A stretch of 64,000 nucleotides of DNA from Candidatus Nanohaloarchaea archaeon. Its GTDB lineage: Archaea; Nanohalarchaeota; Nanosalinia; Nanosalinales; Nanosalinaceae. A program made the translations under genes and the position numbers. Each line of letters opens with the position of its first letter. Positions within the stretch are counted from its first letter, which is position 1. The notes beneath the pieces were generated by a model. That model saw only the letters and a list, made by a program, of their open reading frames with translations, was not told the DNA's origin and searched no databases. Shown in pieces: positions 46,959 through 55,947 of this stretch. The DNA lies in assembly GCA_047617745.1 (NCBI GenBank), contig JBLGBN010000002.1:6746-70745 (forward strand), given 5' to 3'.

Positions 46959-47007
46959 TAGTGCCTCTTGAGAAAGTAAAGGTAAGGAATAGGTGAGTAA
47001 AGAGAAT

Positions 47008-47181
47008 TTACTCGTCTGTGTCGTTTCTTCTCCAGTGCCGTGACTTTCTTGGCTTGATGGATTTCTTCCGTGCCTTTCCTAGTCCGAATGCTTTGAGCGA
47101 TACCCATCTTGGAGCTGATTTAGCTGTCTTGGCTGCTTTTGCCAGCCTCTTCTTCTTTCCCTTTGACTTGTTTGAACTCAT
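47008..47181 (-). CDS. rpl39e: 50S ribosomal protein L39e
   Basis: Hand translation (57 aa) gives MSSNKSKGKKKRLAKAAKTAKSAPRWVSLKAFGLGKARKKSIKPRKSRHWRRNDTDE, containing the L39e signature KKRLAKA...P.WV...RHWRR. It is missed by the ORF cutoff. Confidence 0.8.
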   Translation of the reverse strand: MSSNKSKGKKKRLAKAAKTAKSAPRWVSLKAFGLGKARKKSIKPRKSRHWRRNDTDE

Positions 47182-47191
47182 AGTATCTTGT

Positions 47192-47518
47192 TCACCTCCT
47201 GAACTTTATATCCGATTGGCTTTCCCGCTTTTCGTTTTCGATTGATTTCAGTATCTGTTTCATCTGATCATCGTCGACCGTTTTGATCCGCCCTGTTTCT
47301 CCCATACGGGCGATCTGCTGGGCGACGCTCAGCGCTTTTCGTTTGTCTGCTACTTTGATATTGGAGAGACGGTCTTTCGCGTCGGAGGTCATGTACTGCT
47401 TGGCCTGTTCCCAGACCTGTTTTTCCATTTCCTCCTGCTGTTCCTCTCGGGTTTCCTGGTTCTCCTGCAGTTCCTGTTTCTTCTCTTCCCGGAGTTTCTC
47501 CAGTTCGTCGTCCTCCAT
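47192..47518 (-). CDS. PDCD5/TFAR19-like DNA-binding protein
   Basis: Acidic N-terminus followed by AKDRLSNIKVADKRKALSVAQQIARMGETGRI, typical of the archaeal dsDNA-binding PDCD5 family. It sits between S19e and L39e, as in other archaea. Confidence 0.8.
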   Translation of the reverse strand: MEDDELEKLREEKKQELQENQETREEQQEEMEKQVWEQAKQYMTSDAKDRLSNIKVADKRKALSVAQQIARMGETGRIKTVDDDQMKQILKSIENEKRESQSDIKFRR

Positions 47519-47528
47519 AGTTCCAGAC

Positions 47529-47939
47529 TTATGCTAGAACTTCATCAGCTTTTTGGTCGAGGAATGACTGTCCTTTCTCTGTGATCTTTCTTCCTTCTCC
47601 TTCTTCCTCTTCAAGTAGACCTGCTTCTTCTAGGTTCTGGAGCGCTGTTCTGATTACTTTGCCGGATGCTTTTTCGTGGTGTTCCGGTCCGTGCCCATTG
47701 TTCTTGTTTCCTCCGTAGATTGTCCGGAGCTTTGATACTCCCAGCGGGCCTTCCATGTAGATTTTTCTCAGGACAGCTGCTGCTCTGATATGATACCAGT
47801 TATCCTGCTGTGGAGGTCTTTCCTTGTGAACGCCGGTTTTTACAAACTGTGTCCATTCCGGAGCTTCAAACTCATCCTCCAGTTCCTTTGCAGTCTCCTT
47901 GATCAGAGGCTCTGCTTTTACATCGTATACAGTTGTCAT
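47529..47939 (-). CDS. rps19e: 30S ribosomal protein S19e
   Basis: TVYDVKAEPLI...PEWTQFVKTGVHKERPP..DNWYHIRAAAVLRKIY...GG is the canonical S19e sequence pattern. Confidence 0.9.
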   Translation of the reverse strand: MTTVYDVKAEPLIKETAKELEDEFEAPEWTQFVKTGVHKERPPQQDNWYHIRAAAVLRKIYMEGPLGVSKLRTIYGGNKNNGHGPEHHEKASGKVIRTALQNLEEAGLLEEEEGEGRKITEKGQSFLDQKADEVLA

Positions 47940-47975
47940 ACAGTAACCACTTAGTTCAAAAACTTTTAAATGGAC

Positions 47976-49901
47976 TCATAGAAGAAAGTCCTGCTCCAGT
48001 TTCTTCTGCTCAACTTCCTGTTTTAACTGTTCTCTGAACTCTCCGATCGTGAAGCCTCTATCCTCGTTTTCTTCTCTATCTCTGACAGAGATTTCTCCTG
48101 CCTCTTTTTCGTCCTCTCCTACGATGACCATGTAAGGAACGCGGTCATCGTGAGCCGCTTGGATCTTCTTCCCGACAGTCCATGACCGATCCTCAATCTC
48201 GACCCGGAAATTGGACAGCTCTTCCTGAATCTCCCGGGCATAATCTAGACTATCATCCGAGACCGGGAGAATTCTGACCTGCTCCGGCGCCAACCATGTT
48301 GGGAAGTCGCCGGCGAAGTGCTCGATCATGACCCCCATGAACCGCTCGATCGATCCAAGAATCGCTCTGTGGATCATAACAGGGTAATGCTCCTCGTTGT
48401 CCTCGCCGACATACTTCAACCCGTAGTTTCTCGGTATCACGAAGTCGAGCTGTACTGTTCCCAGCTGCCACTCTCTGCCGATCGCATCCTCTACCTCGAC
48501 ACCGATTTTAGGGCCATAAAATGCCCCTTCCTCAGGTTTCTCTTCATAGCTGTCAACTTTCTCATCCAGTGCGTTCCGTAGAGAGCTCTCGGCTTCATCC
48601 CACAGTTCGTCCGGACCTTGCGCCTTCTCCGGTTTTGTTTCAAGTATAAAGTTAACCTCAAAACCGAACTCCCTGTACATCTCAATTATGGTCTGAAGAT
48701 GTTTCTTGACCTCCTCCTCGATCTGATCCTCTCTAATGTATGCGTGACCATCATCCTGGGTCATGCCTCTAACCCTTAGAAGACCTGACAGCTCCCCGCT
48801 CTGCTCATTTCTATAGACTGTTCCAAACTCGGAGAGCTTGATCGGCAGCTCCTTGTAGCTTCTCTTCCCGGAATCAAATACATGGGAGTGATTCGCACAG
48901 TTCATCGGCTTTAAACCGTACTCCGTATCGTCCTGCTCCCAGGCGAACATTTCTCCTTCCTCCTTAAACGCCTCGTAGTGGCCTGTTTTCTTCCATAGAT
49001 CGGCTTTGTTTAATTCAGGTGTCCAGACCTCTTCATAACCTAGTTCCTCGTTCTTTTCACGAATGTATTCCTCCAGTTCTCTCCTGATAATCATTCCCTG
49101 TCTGTGGAAGTGGGCGCATCCAGGCGAGTGGTCTGGAATCGAGAATAGATCCATCTCTCGTCCGATCTTTCTGTGATCTCTTTTCTCAGCTTCTCTCCTC
49201 TTTTCAAGGAAATCTTCCAGTTTCTGCTCGGATGGAAATGCGGTTCCATAGACCCTTGTCAGCATTTCGTTTTCCTCGTCGCCTCTCCAGTAGGCGCCTG
49301 CGATCTCTAGAAGCTTGAAGCCGCCAATTTCCCCAGTTGAAGGAACATGAGGTCCTTTACATAGATCCTTGAACTCTCCCTGTTTGTAGAATGAAACCTG
49401 CTCACCGGACCCCGCTTCTTCCTCCAAAATCTGTCTCTTGTACTCGTTATTTTCGAAGAATTCTTCTGCCTCTTCACGCGGCATCATTTTTCTTTCTATA
49501 TCCAGATCCTCCTCGATTATTTTCTGCATTTCTTCCTCGATTTCCTCAAAGTCTTCCTGATCAAGATCAATACCATCTATATCGTAGTAGAAACCTTCAT
49601 CTGTCCACGGCCCGATCGTCAGTTTTGCCTCGTCACCGTAGATTCTCTTTAATGCCTGCGCGAAGACATGCGCAGCTGAGTGCCTCAGAACATCGATGTA
49701 CTCTTCGCTCTGTTCAGTTATGATTTCAATCTCGTCGCCATCCGAAACAGACTCTTCTTTTGCAACCAGTTCGCCGTTAATCTTCCCGGCGACTGTATCA
49801 TCGCCTAACCCTGTCCCGATTTCGTATGCTACATCCTCTACTGTCGCGTCTTCTCCAACCTCTAGTTTTGATCCGTCAGGAAGTTCTACTTCGATGCTCA
49901 T
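47976..49901 (-). CDS. thrS: threonyl-tRNA synthetase
   Basis: A TGS domain at the N-terminus, the editing/second additional domain (HSAAHVFAQA), class II core motifs, and an anticodon-binding domain. Confidence 0.95.
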   Translation of the reverse strand: MSIEVELPDGSKLEVGEDATVEDVAYEIGTGLGDDTVAGKINGELVAKEESVSDGDEIEIITEQSEEYIDVLRHSAAHVFAQALKRIYGDEAKLTIGPWTDEGFYYDIDGIDLDQEDFEEIEEEMQKIIEEDLDIERKMMPREEAEEFFENNEYKRQILEEEAGSGEQVSFYKQGEFKDLCKGPHVPSTGEIGGFKLLEIAGAYWRGDEENEMLTRVYGTAFPSEQKLEDFLEKRREAEKRDHRKIGREMDLFSIPDHSPGCAHFHRQGMIIRRELEEYIREKNEELGYEEVWTPELNKADLWKKTGHYEAFKEEGEMFAWEQDDTEYGLKPMNCANHSHVFDSGKRSYKELPIKLSEFGTVYRNEQSGELSGLLRVRGMTQDDGHAYIREDQIEEEVKKHLQTIIEMYREFGFEVNFILETKPEKAQGPDELWDEAESSLRNALDEKVDSYEEKPEEGAFYGPKIGVEVEDAIGREWQLGTVQLDFVIPRNYGLKYVGEDNEEHYPVMIHRAILGSIERFMGVMIEHFAGDFPTWLAPEQVRILPVSDDSLDYAREIQEELSNFRVEIEDRSWTVGKKIQAAHDDRVPYMVIVGEDEKEAGEISVRDREENEDRGFTIGEFREQLKQEVEQKKLEQDFLL

Positions 49902-49982
49902 ACAGAAGACCGCGTGGAGAATTATTAATTAGGTTTTGGTCACAGCCTTGGGAGCTTACTCTAAAAACGGCTTATAGCTGTG

Positions 49983-50849
49983 TTATACCTTTATTTTCTT
50001 GAGCAGCCTGTCCATATTAGACCAGGAATCAGGCTTTCCTAAAACCGGATTGTGCAACGTCTTTCTTTTAACCGGGTAGAGTGCTGTGTTTGCAGGGTTT
50101 ATTATCTTTGTGAAGTATCCGGTTGGACCCATCTTCCTCTCGATTTTCACTGCCAGCCGCATCCGGCTCAGGGAGGTGGCTGTGGTGGAGGGCACTGTAC
50201 TGTTTACATGTGTTTCGTAGCTGAAAGCTACTTTACCCTTCTCCTGAAGCTTAGTGACTAGAATTCCATCCTCAAGACAGTCCACAGGAGAGGCCTTGAT
50301 GTCTTCATTTTCTTCCATTCGGTATCCGTGGAAGTCCCGGAAATCCTGTGCGGTGAAAGCCATACCTCTTCCTTTAGGGAGCATATCGGAGTTCTGGCAA
50401 GATGCCCATATACGTTTTCTGATCGGTTTTTCCGACGGCTTATGTGGCTTCACAGGTGCGCCGAAAACCTTGTAATCATCCTGAGAGAGGTATTTATCCG
50501 CCTCCTGAACGAAATGTTTTTCAAGAGAGGAGTCTCCCTCCAGCCGGAGAACAATCCCGTCTTCCTCCCCTAACTCGTCTAGAAGGTAATCTGCAGCCTT
50601 TCCAGCGCCGTACTGGGAGGAATATCTTACTCCTGCTCCTTCAAGTATATCAAGATCTACTTCGAAATCTGCATCTTCCGCTATAGCCCGTACTTCCTCA
50701 TGAGTTTTATCTGTGCTTCCGCCGTCTACAACAATGAGCTTGGATATGGAATGGGTCTGGTTTTTGAGTGATTTAATTGCTCTTCCTATACGGCCGCCTT
50801 CGTTTAGAACCGGCATGAAGGCTGCGACCTCTGTCTCAGGCATAGTCAT
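49983..50849 (-). CDS. family 2 glycosyltransferase
   Basis: Start set at ATG 50849 (MTMPETEVAAFMPVLNEGGRIGRAIKSLKNQTH...LIVVDGGSTDKT). The 420-aa ORF extension would overlap the upstream membrane-protein gene in another frame. Confidence 0.8.
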   Translation of the reverse strand: MTMPETEVAAFMPVLNEGGRIGRAIKSLKNQTHSISKLIVVDGGSTDKTHEEVRAIAEDADFEVDLDILEGAGVRYSSQYGAGKAADYLLDELGEEDGIVLRLEGDSSLEKHFVQEADKYLSQDDYKVFGAPVKPHKPSEKPIRKRIWASCQNSDMLPKGRGMAFTAQDFRDFHGYRMEENEDIKASPVDCLEDGILVTKLQEKGKVAFSYETHVNSTVPSTTATSLSRMRLAVKIERKMGPTGYFTKIINPANTALYPVKRKTLHNPVLGKPDSWSNMDRLLKKIKV

Positions 50850-50932
50850 TATCCAGAAGTATAAGCTCTTAAAGGTTAATGATAGCCTCGGAAAAATCTC
50901 TAAACCAGAAAGTATCCTCCCGTAGATGAAAG

Positions 50933-51982
50933 CTACTGTCTTTTCAGGCTGAGCAAGCTTAGATAACCGAATATAACCCCAGGCAGGTAAGTTGCCACCC
51001 GATAGATGATAGCCACACTTGTGGCCGTAGCTGCCGAAACCGGATAGAATGCCAGTACCAGTACTGCGAATCCTGCCTCCATTGTTCCGGTACTTCCAGG
51101 CGTCGGGGAGAACGTTAATATGGCTGAAAGGGATACTACAAGCACCACGGTGTGCAGAACCGGTTCCACACCTACCGCGAGGAGAGCAAAATATGTTGCA
51201 CCTATATGACCTAAAACCGCTAGATGCGAAACCGAAAGAGTCCAAGAAACCTTTTTCGGCTGTTTACCCACTGTTTCAAGCCTATCTAGGACTTCCCGGC
51301 CTCTTTCCTTACCGGATTCGATATAGGGCTTCAAACGACTGTGCTCTATCTCGAAGATGTAAAACTTTCTGACAAGCTTCACGACAGTCCTCGCCCCGTT
51401 GAACCATGCCAGGTAAATCAAAACAGCAGTAAGCAGAAAGGTCAATACCGCAAGCGCGGGCAAGCCTGCAAAAGGCATTTCAAGAGTTCCGAATATAGCC
51501 ACGTAGGCTACGGTGGCCAGACCAAAAGTTGCAAACGGCACCGCATTAGATAGGTCGGCGGAGCTAACGCTTGAAAGCGCCTGCTGATAGGTCGCTTCTG
51601 TTTCATTGCTTACAAGATAGGCTACAAAAGGCTCACCGCCAAACCGGCCGAGAGGCGTCACAGCGTTCAGGAAAAGCCCTGAAAGTAACAGCCTTAAGCT
51701 CTTACCCATTGCCACTTCAATCCTCAGTATGTCAAAGAAGCGGTACCACACTACAGACCACATAGCGAGCGTGAAAAAACCAGAAATTACAGAAAGCAGC
51801 ACATAGTAGCCGCTCGAACTGGAAAGAATGGACACTATCTCTCTGTAATCAGCAAGGTAAACCAGCACGAAAAGTATTAATGTAGAAACAGCGAACCAGG
51901 CTACACTGCTGTTTTTCAAGCGGTTAGCTACAAGCAGAAGCTTGTTCTCTTCCCGGCCGCTCAATAATCTTCTAAGTCTCAT
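50933..51982 (-). CDS. flippase-like (UPF0104 / LPG-synthase-TM type) membrane protein, copy 1
   Basis: About eight TM helices with LLSGLFLNAVTPLGRFGGEPFVAYLV, the hallmark loop of the TIGR00374-type family. Often paired with GT2 genes. Confidence 0.75.
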   Translation of the reverse strand: MRLRRLLSGREENKLLLVANRLKNSSVAWFAVSTLILFVLVYLADYREIVSILSSSSGYYVLLSVISGFFTLAMWSVVWYRFFDILRIEVAMGKSLRLLLSGLFLNAVTPLGRFGGEPFVAYLVSNETEATYQQALSSVSSADLSNAVPFATFGLATVAYVAIFGTLEMPFAGLPALAVLTFLLTAVLIYLAWFNGARTVVKLVRKFYIFEIEHSRLKPYIESGKERGREVLDRLETVGKQPKKVSWTLSVSHLAVLGHIGATYFALLAVGVEPVLHTVVLVVSLSAILTFSPTPGSTGTMEAGFAVLVLAFYPVSAATATSVAIIYRVATYLPGVIFGYLSLLSLKRQ

Positions 51983-51995
51983 TTTCCTGCTCTTT

Positions 51996-52004
51996 CCCCC
52001 CCCC
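51996..52004. repeat. C9 (G9 on the coding strand) homopolymer tract 14-22 nt upstream of the 51982 start codon
   Basis: Direct count of nine consecutive C at 51996-52004. I noticed no other homopolymer run of this length in the intergenic DNA of this window. Confidence 0.9.
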
Positions 52005-52088
52005 TTGGATTTCAGTTATAGGCGGTGCCCTAAAAACCCCCTGACAATTTACTCTAGGGAATAACGAAGGCCACTACTCCCTGAGGAC

Positions 52089-53237
52089 CTAGTTATCTCT
52101 ATCCCGTCTTTCGCCCAGCGTTTTTATCGCCTCCAGCCACATTTTCATGTGTTCGACTGTGAAGTCGATGAATTCAGAGTTGGCATACTCCGAAAAGTCG
52201 TAGCTTTCCACGGCGTCTATCATCTTCTCGTAGGCGTCAAAGTAGTCTTCTGCCTCATCTGGTGCTTCATCAAGTGCCTTCCAGAAATGCTCGTTCAGCT
52301 CTAGAGCCGGCACTTCATTATTCAGATCGCTGAATGTAGATCTCTCTGCCTTGTTGTGCTCGCATAGCGGAAAGCCGTTAATTACCGATTTGTTCAACAT
52401 GTCGGCGGCTTTCTTGAGTGTAAGACCAGACCATATATCATCAAATCGGCCGATATCCCACTTGTTGTCATCCATCGGGAACTGGTAGAACGCCGGGATA
52501 ACTTCTCTTTTGAACGCCAGATTCATTGAGCAGACGGTAAGATAATTACCCTCATCCGCTACAAAATTATGTGCGAAATCTTCTTTTTTCGTCAGTGTCT
52601 GGGCTTGGCCTTTTAGATCGCCGTCCATAAGAATCCGTACCGCGTCGAGGTCCGGTATATTGGTCCACAGCCCCTGTGAGGCGATTATTTCATCTGTCTC
52701 TTTTTCCTCCGTCTTAACATCTTCATCCATTGCGCTATACGGATAACCTCTTGGGTATAAATCATGTCGATCAATGTTCTGGTACAGAACGTTAACCCAT
52801 TTCTCGTCCGATGATACGTGTTCAACTGTTTTCCTGGAATCCAGGTGATCTAGATGTGTTCCGAAGAAGTCAAAGTCCTCGTGTGGCTGGGTGTCGTCGT
52901 CAAGGAAGATACCGTACTCGAACTCCGGATGGGCCCACATGAAAAGAAGACCGAAGCTTGTCTCTGCGTGAGAAGCCGCCGGAACAATATCCGAGTACTG
53001 TTCTATGCCGTTCTTCTTGTACCATTCTTCTCTCTCGGAGCCACCGAAGACCTCTCCTTCAACTCCGAGATCTTCTAGCATTTCCCGCATTTCCTCTTTT
53101 TCGCAGAAGTCTTCGGTTACCAGAACGAGATAGAGTCGGTCTGTATCAAAATTATTTTCTCTCGCGTTTTCAATATAACCTCTTATGAATTCAGGGTTTC
53201 GTATTGTTGGCGTTATTACGCAGATATCCGGTTCCAT
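52089..53237 (-). CDS. reversibly-glycosylated-polypeptide (RGP/GT75)-like glycosyltransferase or sugar mutase
   Basis: N-terminal ICVITPTIR, FLDDDTQP, and especially GRFDDIWSGLTLKKAAD...GFPLCEHNKAERSTFSDLNNE. The latter parallels the plant RGP segment as I recall it (RFDDMWAGW...HSKASNPFVNLKKE). The comparison is from memory, not from an alignment. Confidence 0.6.
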   Translation of the reverse strand: MEPDICVITPTIRNPEFIRGYIENARENNFDTDRLYLVLVTEDFCEKEEMREMLEDLGVEGEVFGGSEREEWYKKNGIEQYSDIVPAASHAETSFGLLFMWAHPEFEYGIFLDDDTQPHEDFDFFGTHLDHLDSRKTVEHVSSDEKWVNVLYQNIDRHDLYPRGYPYSAMDEDVKTEEKETDEIIASQGLWTNIPDLDAVRILMDGDLKGQAQTLTKKEDFAHNFVADEGNYLTVCSMNLAFKREVIPAFYQFPMDDNKWDIGRFDDIWSGLTLKKAADMLNKSVINGFPLCEHNKAERSTFSDLNNEVPALELNEHFWKALDEAPDEAEDYFDAYEKMIDAVESYDFSEYANSEFIDFTVEHMKMWLEAIKTLGERRDRDN

Positions 53238-53373
53238 GATAACTTAATCAAAAAGCTAATTTTTATTAGAACCTGAGAAAAAACCAGTCCTAATCTGATA
53301 TTCATCCCTCATCTATATTCTGGTTGTCAGACTGGATTTGACTGTTAAATAATCTTGTTGAAAAATAGGTTTT

Positions 53374-53895
53374 ATGATCAAAGTTCTCCGGCTGGGACAC
53401 CGCGCAGGAAGAGATGACAGAATCTCGACACATGTAGGTCTAACCGCAAGGCAGTGGGGTGCTGCCGAGATAGTTTTCTCCGGCGAGAAAGATCAGAATA
53501 TGCTGGAGAGCCAGAGAGATATAATTGAGCGGTGGGGAGGCGACATCGAACTCAGATACACTGAAAGCTGGAGGAAAGAGATCAGAGAGTTCGACGGTTT
53601 GAAAGTACATCTGACAATGTACGGCGAGAAGATAGACGATAAACTTGAAGAGTTGAAGAACGAGTACGCTGAAAGAGAAGATATTCTTGTTATAGTTGGT
53701 GCGGAAAAAGTCGAGCGCTGGGTATACGAAAACGTTGACTACAATATTTCGGTCGGAAACCAGCCGCACTCCGAGATTGCTGCACTGGCGGTATTCCTTG
53801 ACCGGCTTCAAGACGGCGATATCAAAGAAGAGTTTGAAGGTGCAGAGATAGAAGTAGAGCCAAGCGAGGATCGGAAACTTACCTGGGAAACCTGA
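53374..53895 (+). CDS. trm56: tRNA (cytidine56-2'-O)-methyltransferase aTrm56
   Basis: VLRLGHRAGRDDRISTHVGLTARQWGA is the characteristic Trm56 N-terminus, and the SPOUT-class size fits. Confidence 0.85.
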   Translation: MIKVLRLGHRAGRDDRISTHVGLTARQWGAAEIVFSGEKDQNMLESQRDIIERWGGDIELRYTESWRKEIREFDGLKVHLTMYGEKIDDKLEELKNEYAEREDILVIVGAEKVERWVYENVDYNISVGNQPHSEIAALAVFLDRLQDGDIKEEFEGAEIEVEPSEDRKLTWET

Positions 53896-53935
53896 AACTA
53901 AAACAATAAAAATTTGGTTAGCTGATTCACAAGAT

Positions 53936-54544
53936 ATGTCCGGCAACACGGAAGAGGAAGAGTCTCTAAAAAGCCAAAACCTTGTAACCGCTGAAACATT
54001 TGAAGACGGCGTTGAAGAAGAAACTAATACAGACAGAAATGAGCTTCCCGAGGATGAACTAATTCCTGAGGAATTCGATATAGACGAACTCCTGGCTCAG
54101 GAAAAAGGTGAGAGATACACTCCACAGGGCTCTAGGAGGGAGCTCGATCTGGGAGGCGGAAACGTGTCGGATCAAGTTGAGCTCTATCTTGTTGAAGAGC
54201 TAGGGTACAATCCTGACTCGGATTACTTCAATATCGCAGGATCGGTCAGTATTTTTGAGGACGATCAGAGTGTTAGCGTGCTATACGAGCTGGAGGAAGA
54301 TTACACAGAGTTTGACGAGGAGGCTGTGCGCACTCCTCTGATCCAGTTCATGGACAGAGACTTACTGGAGAGAGCTGTACAGTCCCAGCTTAACTACTCA
54401 ATGGTCAGCGTTGAAAACGAGGACAGCCTGAAAATCGGATTCAGGTACGACGCAGAGAACTACGACCCTGCATCAGAAGAGGTTGGAAAAGCTATCGACT
54501 GGATAGAGGAAAATATTCCAGATTATGAGGACTCTGGACGGTGA
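53936..54544 (+). CDS. hypothetical acidic protein
   Basis: 202-codon ORF, D/E-rich, with no motif. Confidence 0.55.
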   Translation: MSGNTEEEESLKSQNLVTAETFEDGVEEETNTDRNELPEDELIPEEFDIDELLAQEKGERYTPQGSRRELDLGGGNVSDQVELYLVEELGYNPDSDYFNIAGSVSIFEDDQSVSVLYELEEDYTEFDEEAVRTPLIQFMDRDLLERAVQSQLNYSMVSVENEDSLKIGFRYDAENYDPASEEVGKAIDWIEENIPDYEDSGR

Positions 54545-55434
54545 GGTTTTACCTCAAATTTTTTCCCGTCCTCTCCTAGTTCGGCAGTCTCAAACTCTTC
54601 TTCCGCTTCTTCTCTCAATTTTTCCTCCTCTCCCCGGTAACGCCGGGAAAAGTGTGTTAGGACTAATTTTCCTACATCAGCATCCTGAGCTATTTCTCCC
54701 GCCTGTTTCGCGGAGGTATGGTTCTTCCTTTCCTCGATTATGTCATGAGTGCAGGTAGCTTCGTGGATCAGTAGATCCGCATTCTCAGCGTTTTCAATTA
54801 AATTATCACATTTTGCTGTGTCCCCGGAGTAAACTATTTTCCTGCCGGGAACCTCTTCAACCACCTGTTCTGGTTCTATAGTCTCACCGTTCCATTCTAT
54901 AGCTTCCCCAGACTTTAGATCGCCAATTTTGGGTGAACTGCCAAGGCCGTATTCCTCCATTTTCTGCTTGTCAGCTTTTATCTGTGCGTCTTCCTCAAAT
55001 ACATATCCGAAAGCATTAACTCCGTGTTCAACCTCGAACGGTCTGACCTCGTATCCTTCTCCTGCTATAACGTCGCCCTCTACAAGATCTTCCACGAAGA
55101 TATCGTAGCTGCGGCTGAAGTATCCTGTGTCAAGTATTCTATCAGTAAACTCCTCAGTCCTAGGAGGTCCATAGATGTAGAGCGGATGCTCACGGCCCTC
55201 CATTTCCAGTGTCTGGATTAAACCTAGCAAACCGGAGAAATGGTCGGCATGCCAGTGTGTTATGAAAATCCGGTTTATCTTCATCAGCCCAAGTTTATCC
55301 ATCATTATCCTTCTCTGAGCTCCCTCACCGCAGTCAAACAGTATTCTCTCTCCCTTGTAGTTGATCATATTACACGCGAGAGCTCTTTCTCTAGTGGGCA
55401 CTGCGCTTGAGGTTCCGATTGTCCAGATGTCCAT
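54523..55434 (-). CDS. rnz: ribonuclease Z (tRNA 3' endonuclease)
   Basis: Start set at ATG 55434 (MDIWTIGTSSAVPT). Metallo-beta-lactamase motif ITHWHADH plus a C-terminal HFS. The track's longer version begins at a TTG. Confidence 0.9.
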   Translation of the reverse strand: MDIWTIGTSSAVPTRERALACNMINYKGERILFDCGEGAQRRIMMDKLGLMKINRIFITHWHADHFSGLLGLIQTLEMEGREHPLYIYGPPRTEEFTDRILDTGYFSRSYDIFVEDLVEGDVIAGEGYEVRPFEVEHGVNAFGYVFEEDAQIKADKQKMEEYGLGSSPKIGDLKSGEAIEWNGETIEPEQVVEEVPGRKIVYSGDTAKCDNLIENAENADLLIHEATCTHDIIEERKNHTSAKQAGEIAQDADVGKLVLTHFSRRYRGEEEKLREEAEEEFETAELGEDGKKFEVKPHRPESS

Positions 55435-55461
55435 ACATCGCAATTGTTAGAGTAGCTTTTT

Positions 55462-55470
55462 GATTTAAAT
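55462..55470. promoter_or_regulatory. TATA-like GATTTAAAT in the divergent spacer between rnz and the 55518 ORF
   Basis: The palindromic core TTTAAA lies about 30 nt from the rnz ATG. Confidence 0.35.
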
Positions 55471-55517
55471 CCTGGAATAGGGAAAAAGATATAAGGACCG
55501 AAGAGTAGCAAATCATT

Positions 55518-55946
55518 GTGAAGATAGAAAAGCACGAATCGCTGGACGAAAGCAACAGGTATGTGGCCACATTCGGAAGATCAAACAGGCTGGATATCAA
55601 CAGAGGAACCTTACTCGCTATAACAGATACCGAGACAGGCAGCTACACCTGTCTAGATGATCTGGCAGGCACTTTCTACGAGAGAAGAATTACTGCAGCT
55701 TTAGGCAGACAGAAACATGGAGAAGAAATGCCCGATCCAGAACCAGTAGAGGATCGCTACCATTCCGAGACCGAACTTAAAATAATAGCAGACGGACTGG
55801 AGCCAGGAGAAGATCCACTTGTAGAGGAAAACGGCGTTGAAGGAGCTTTTCAGATGCTAGAAGCCGGCCACCCTGAAAGCCACCAACCTCAAACTCCAGA
55901 CTCTGTAATCGCGAAGAAAAGAATGGAAAGAGAAGATTACATGTAG
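55518..55946 (+). CDS. hypothetical protein
   Basis: 142-codon ORF with a GTG start and no motif. Confidence 0.45.
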   Translation: MKIEKHESLDESNRYVATFGRSNRLDINRGTLLAITDTETGSYTCLDDLAGTFYERRITAALGRQKHGEEMPDPEPVEDRYHSETELKIIADGLEPGEDPLVEENGVEGAFQMLEAGHPESHQPQTPDSVIAKKRMEREDYM

Positions 55947-55947
55947 G

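Noticed and set aside
47018-47245. Plus-strand 75-aa ORF between aIF6 and the PDCD5-like gene
   Set aside because: It is antisense to a clear L39e gene (47008-47181, minus strand).
50850-51245. N-terminal 132-aa extension of the GT2 ORF (420-aa version)
   Set aside because: It overlaps the 3' part of the flippase-like gene in another frame and has an odd Cys/Gly/Arg-rich composition. The GT2 fold begins right after ATG 50849.
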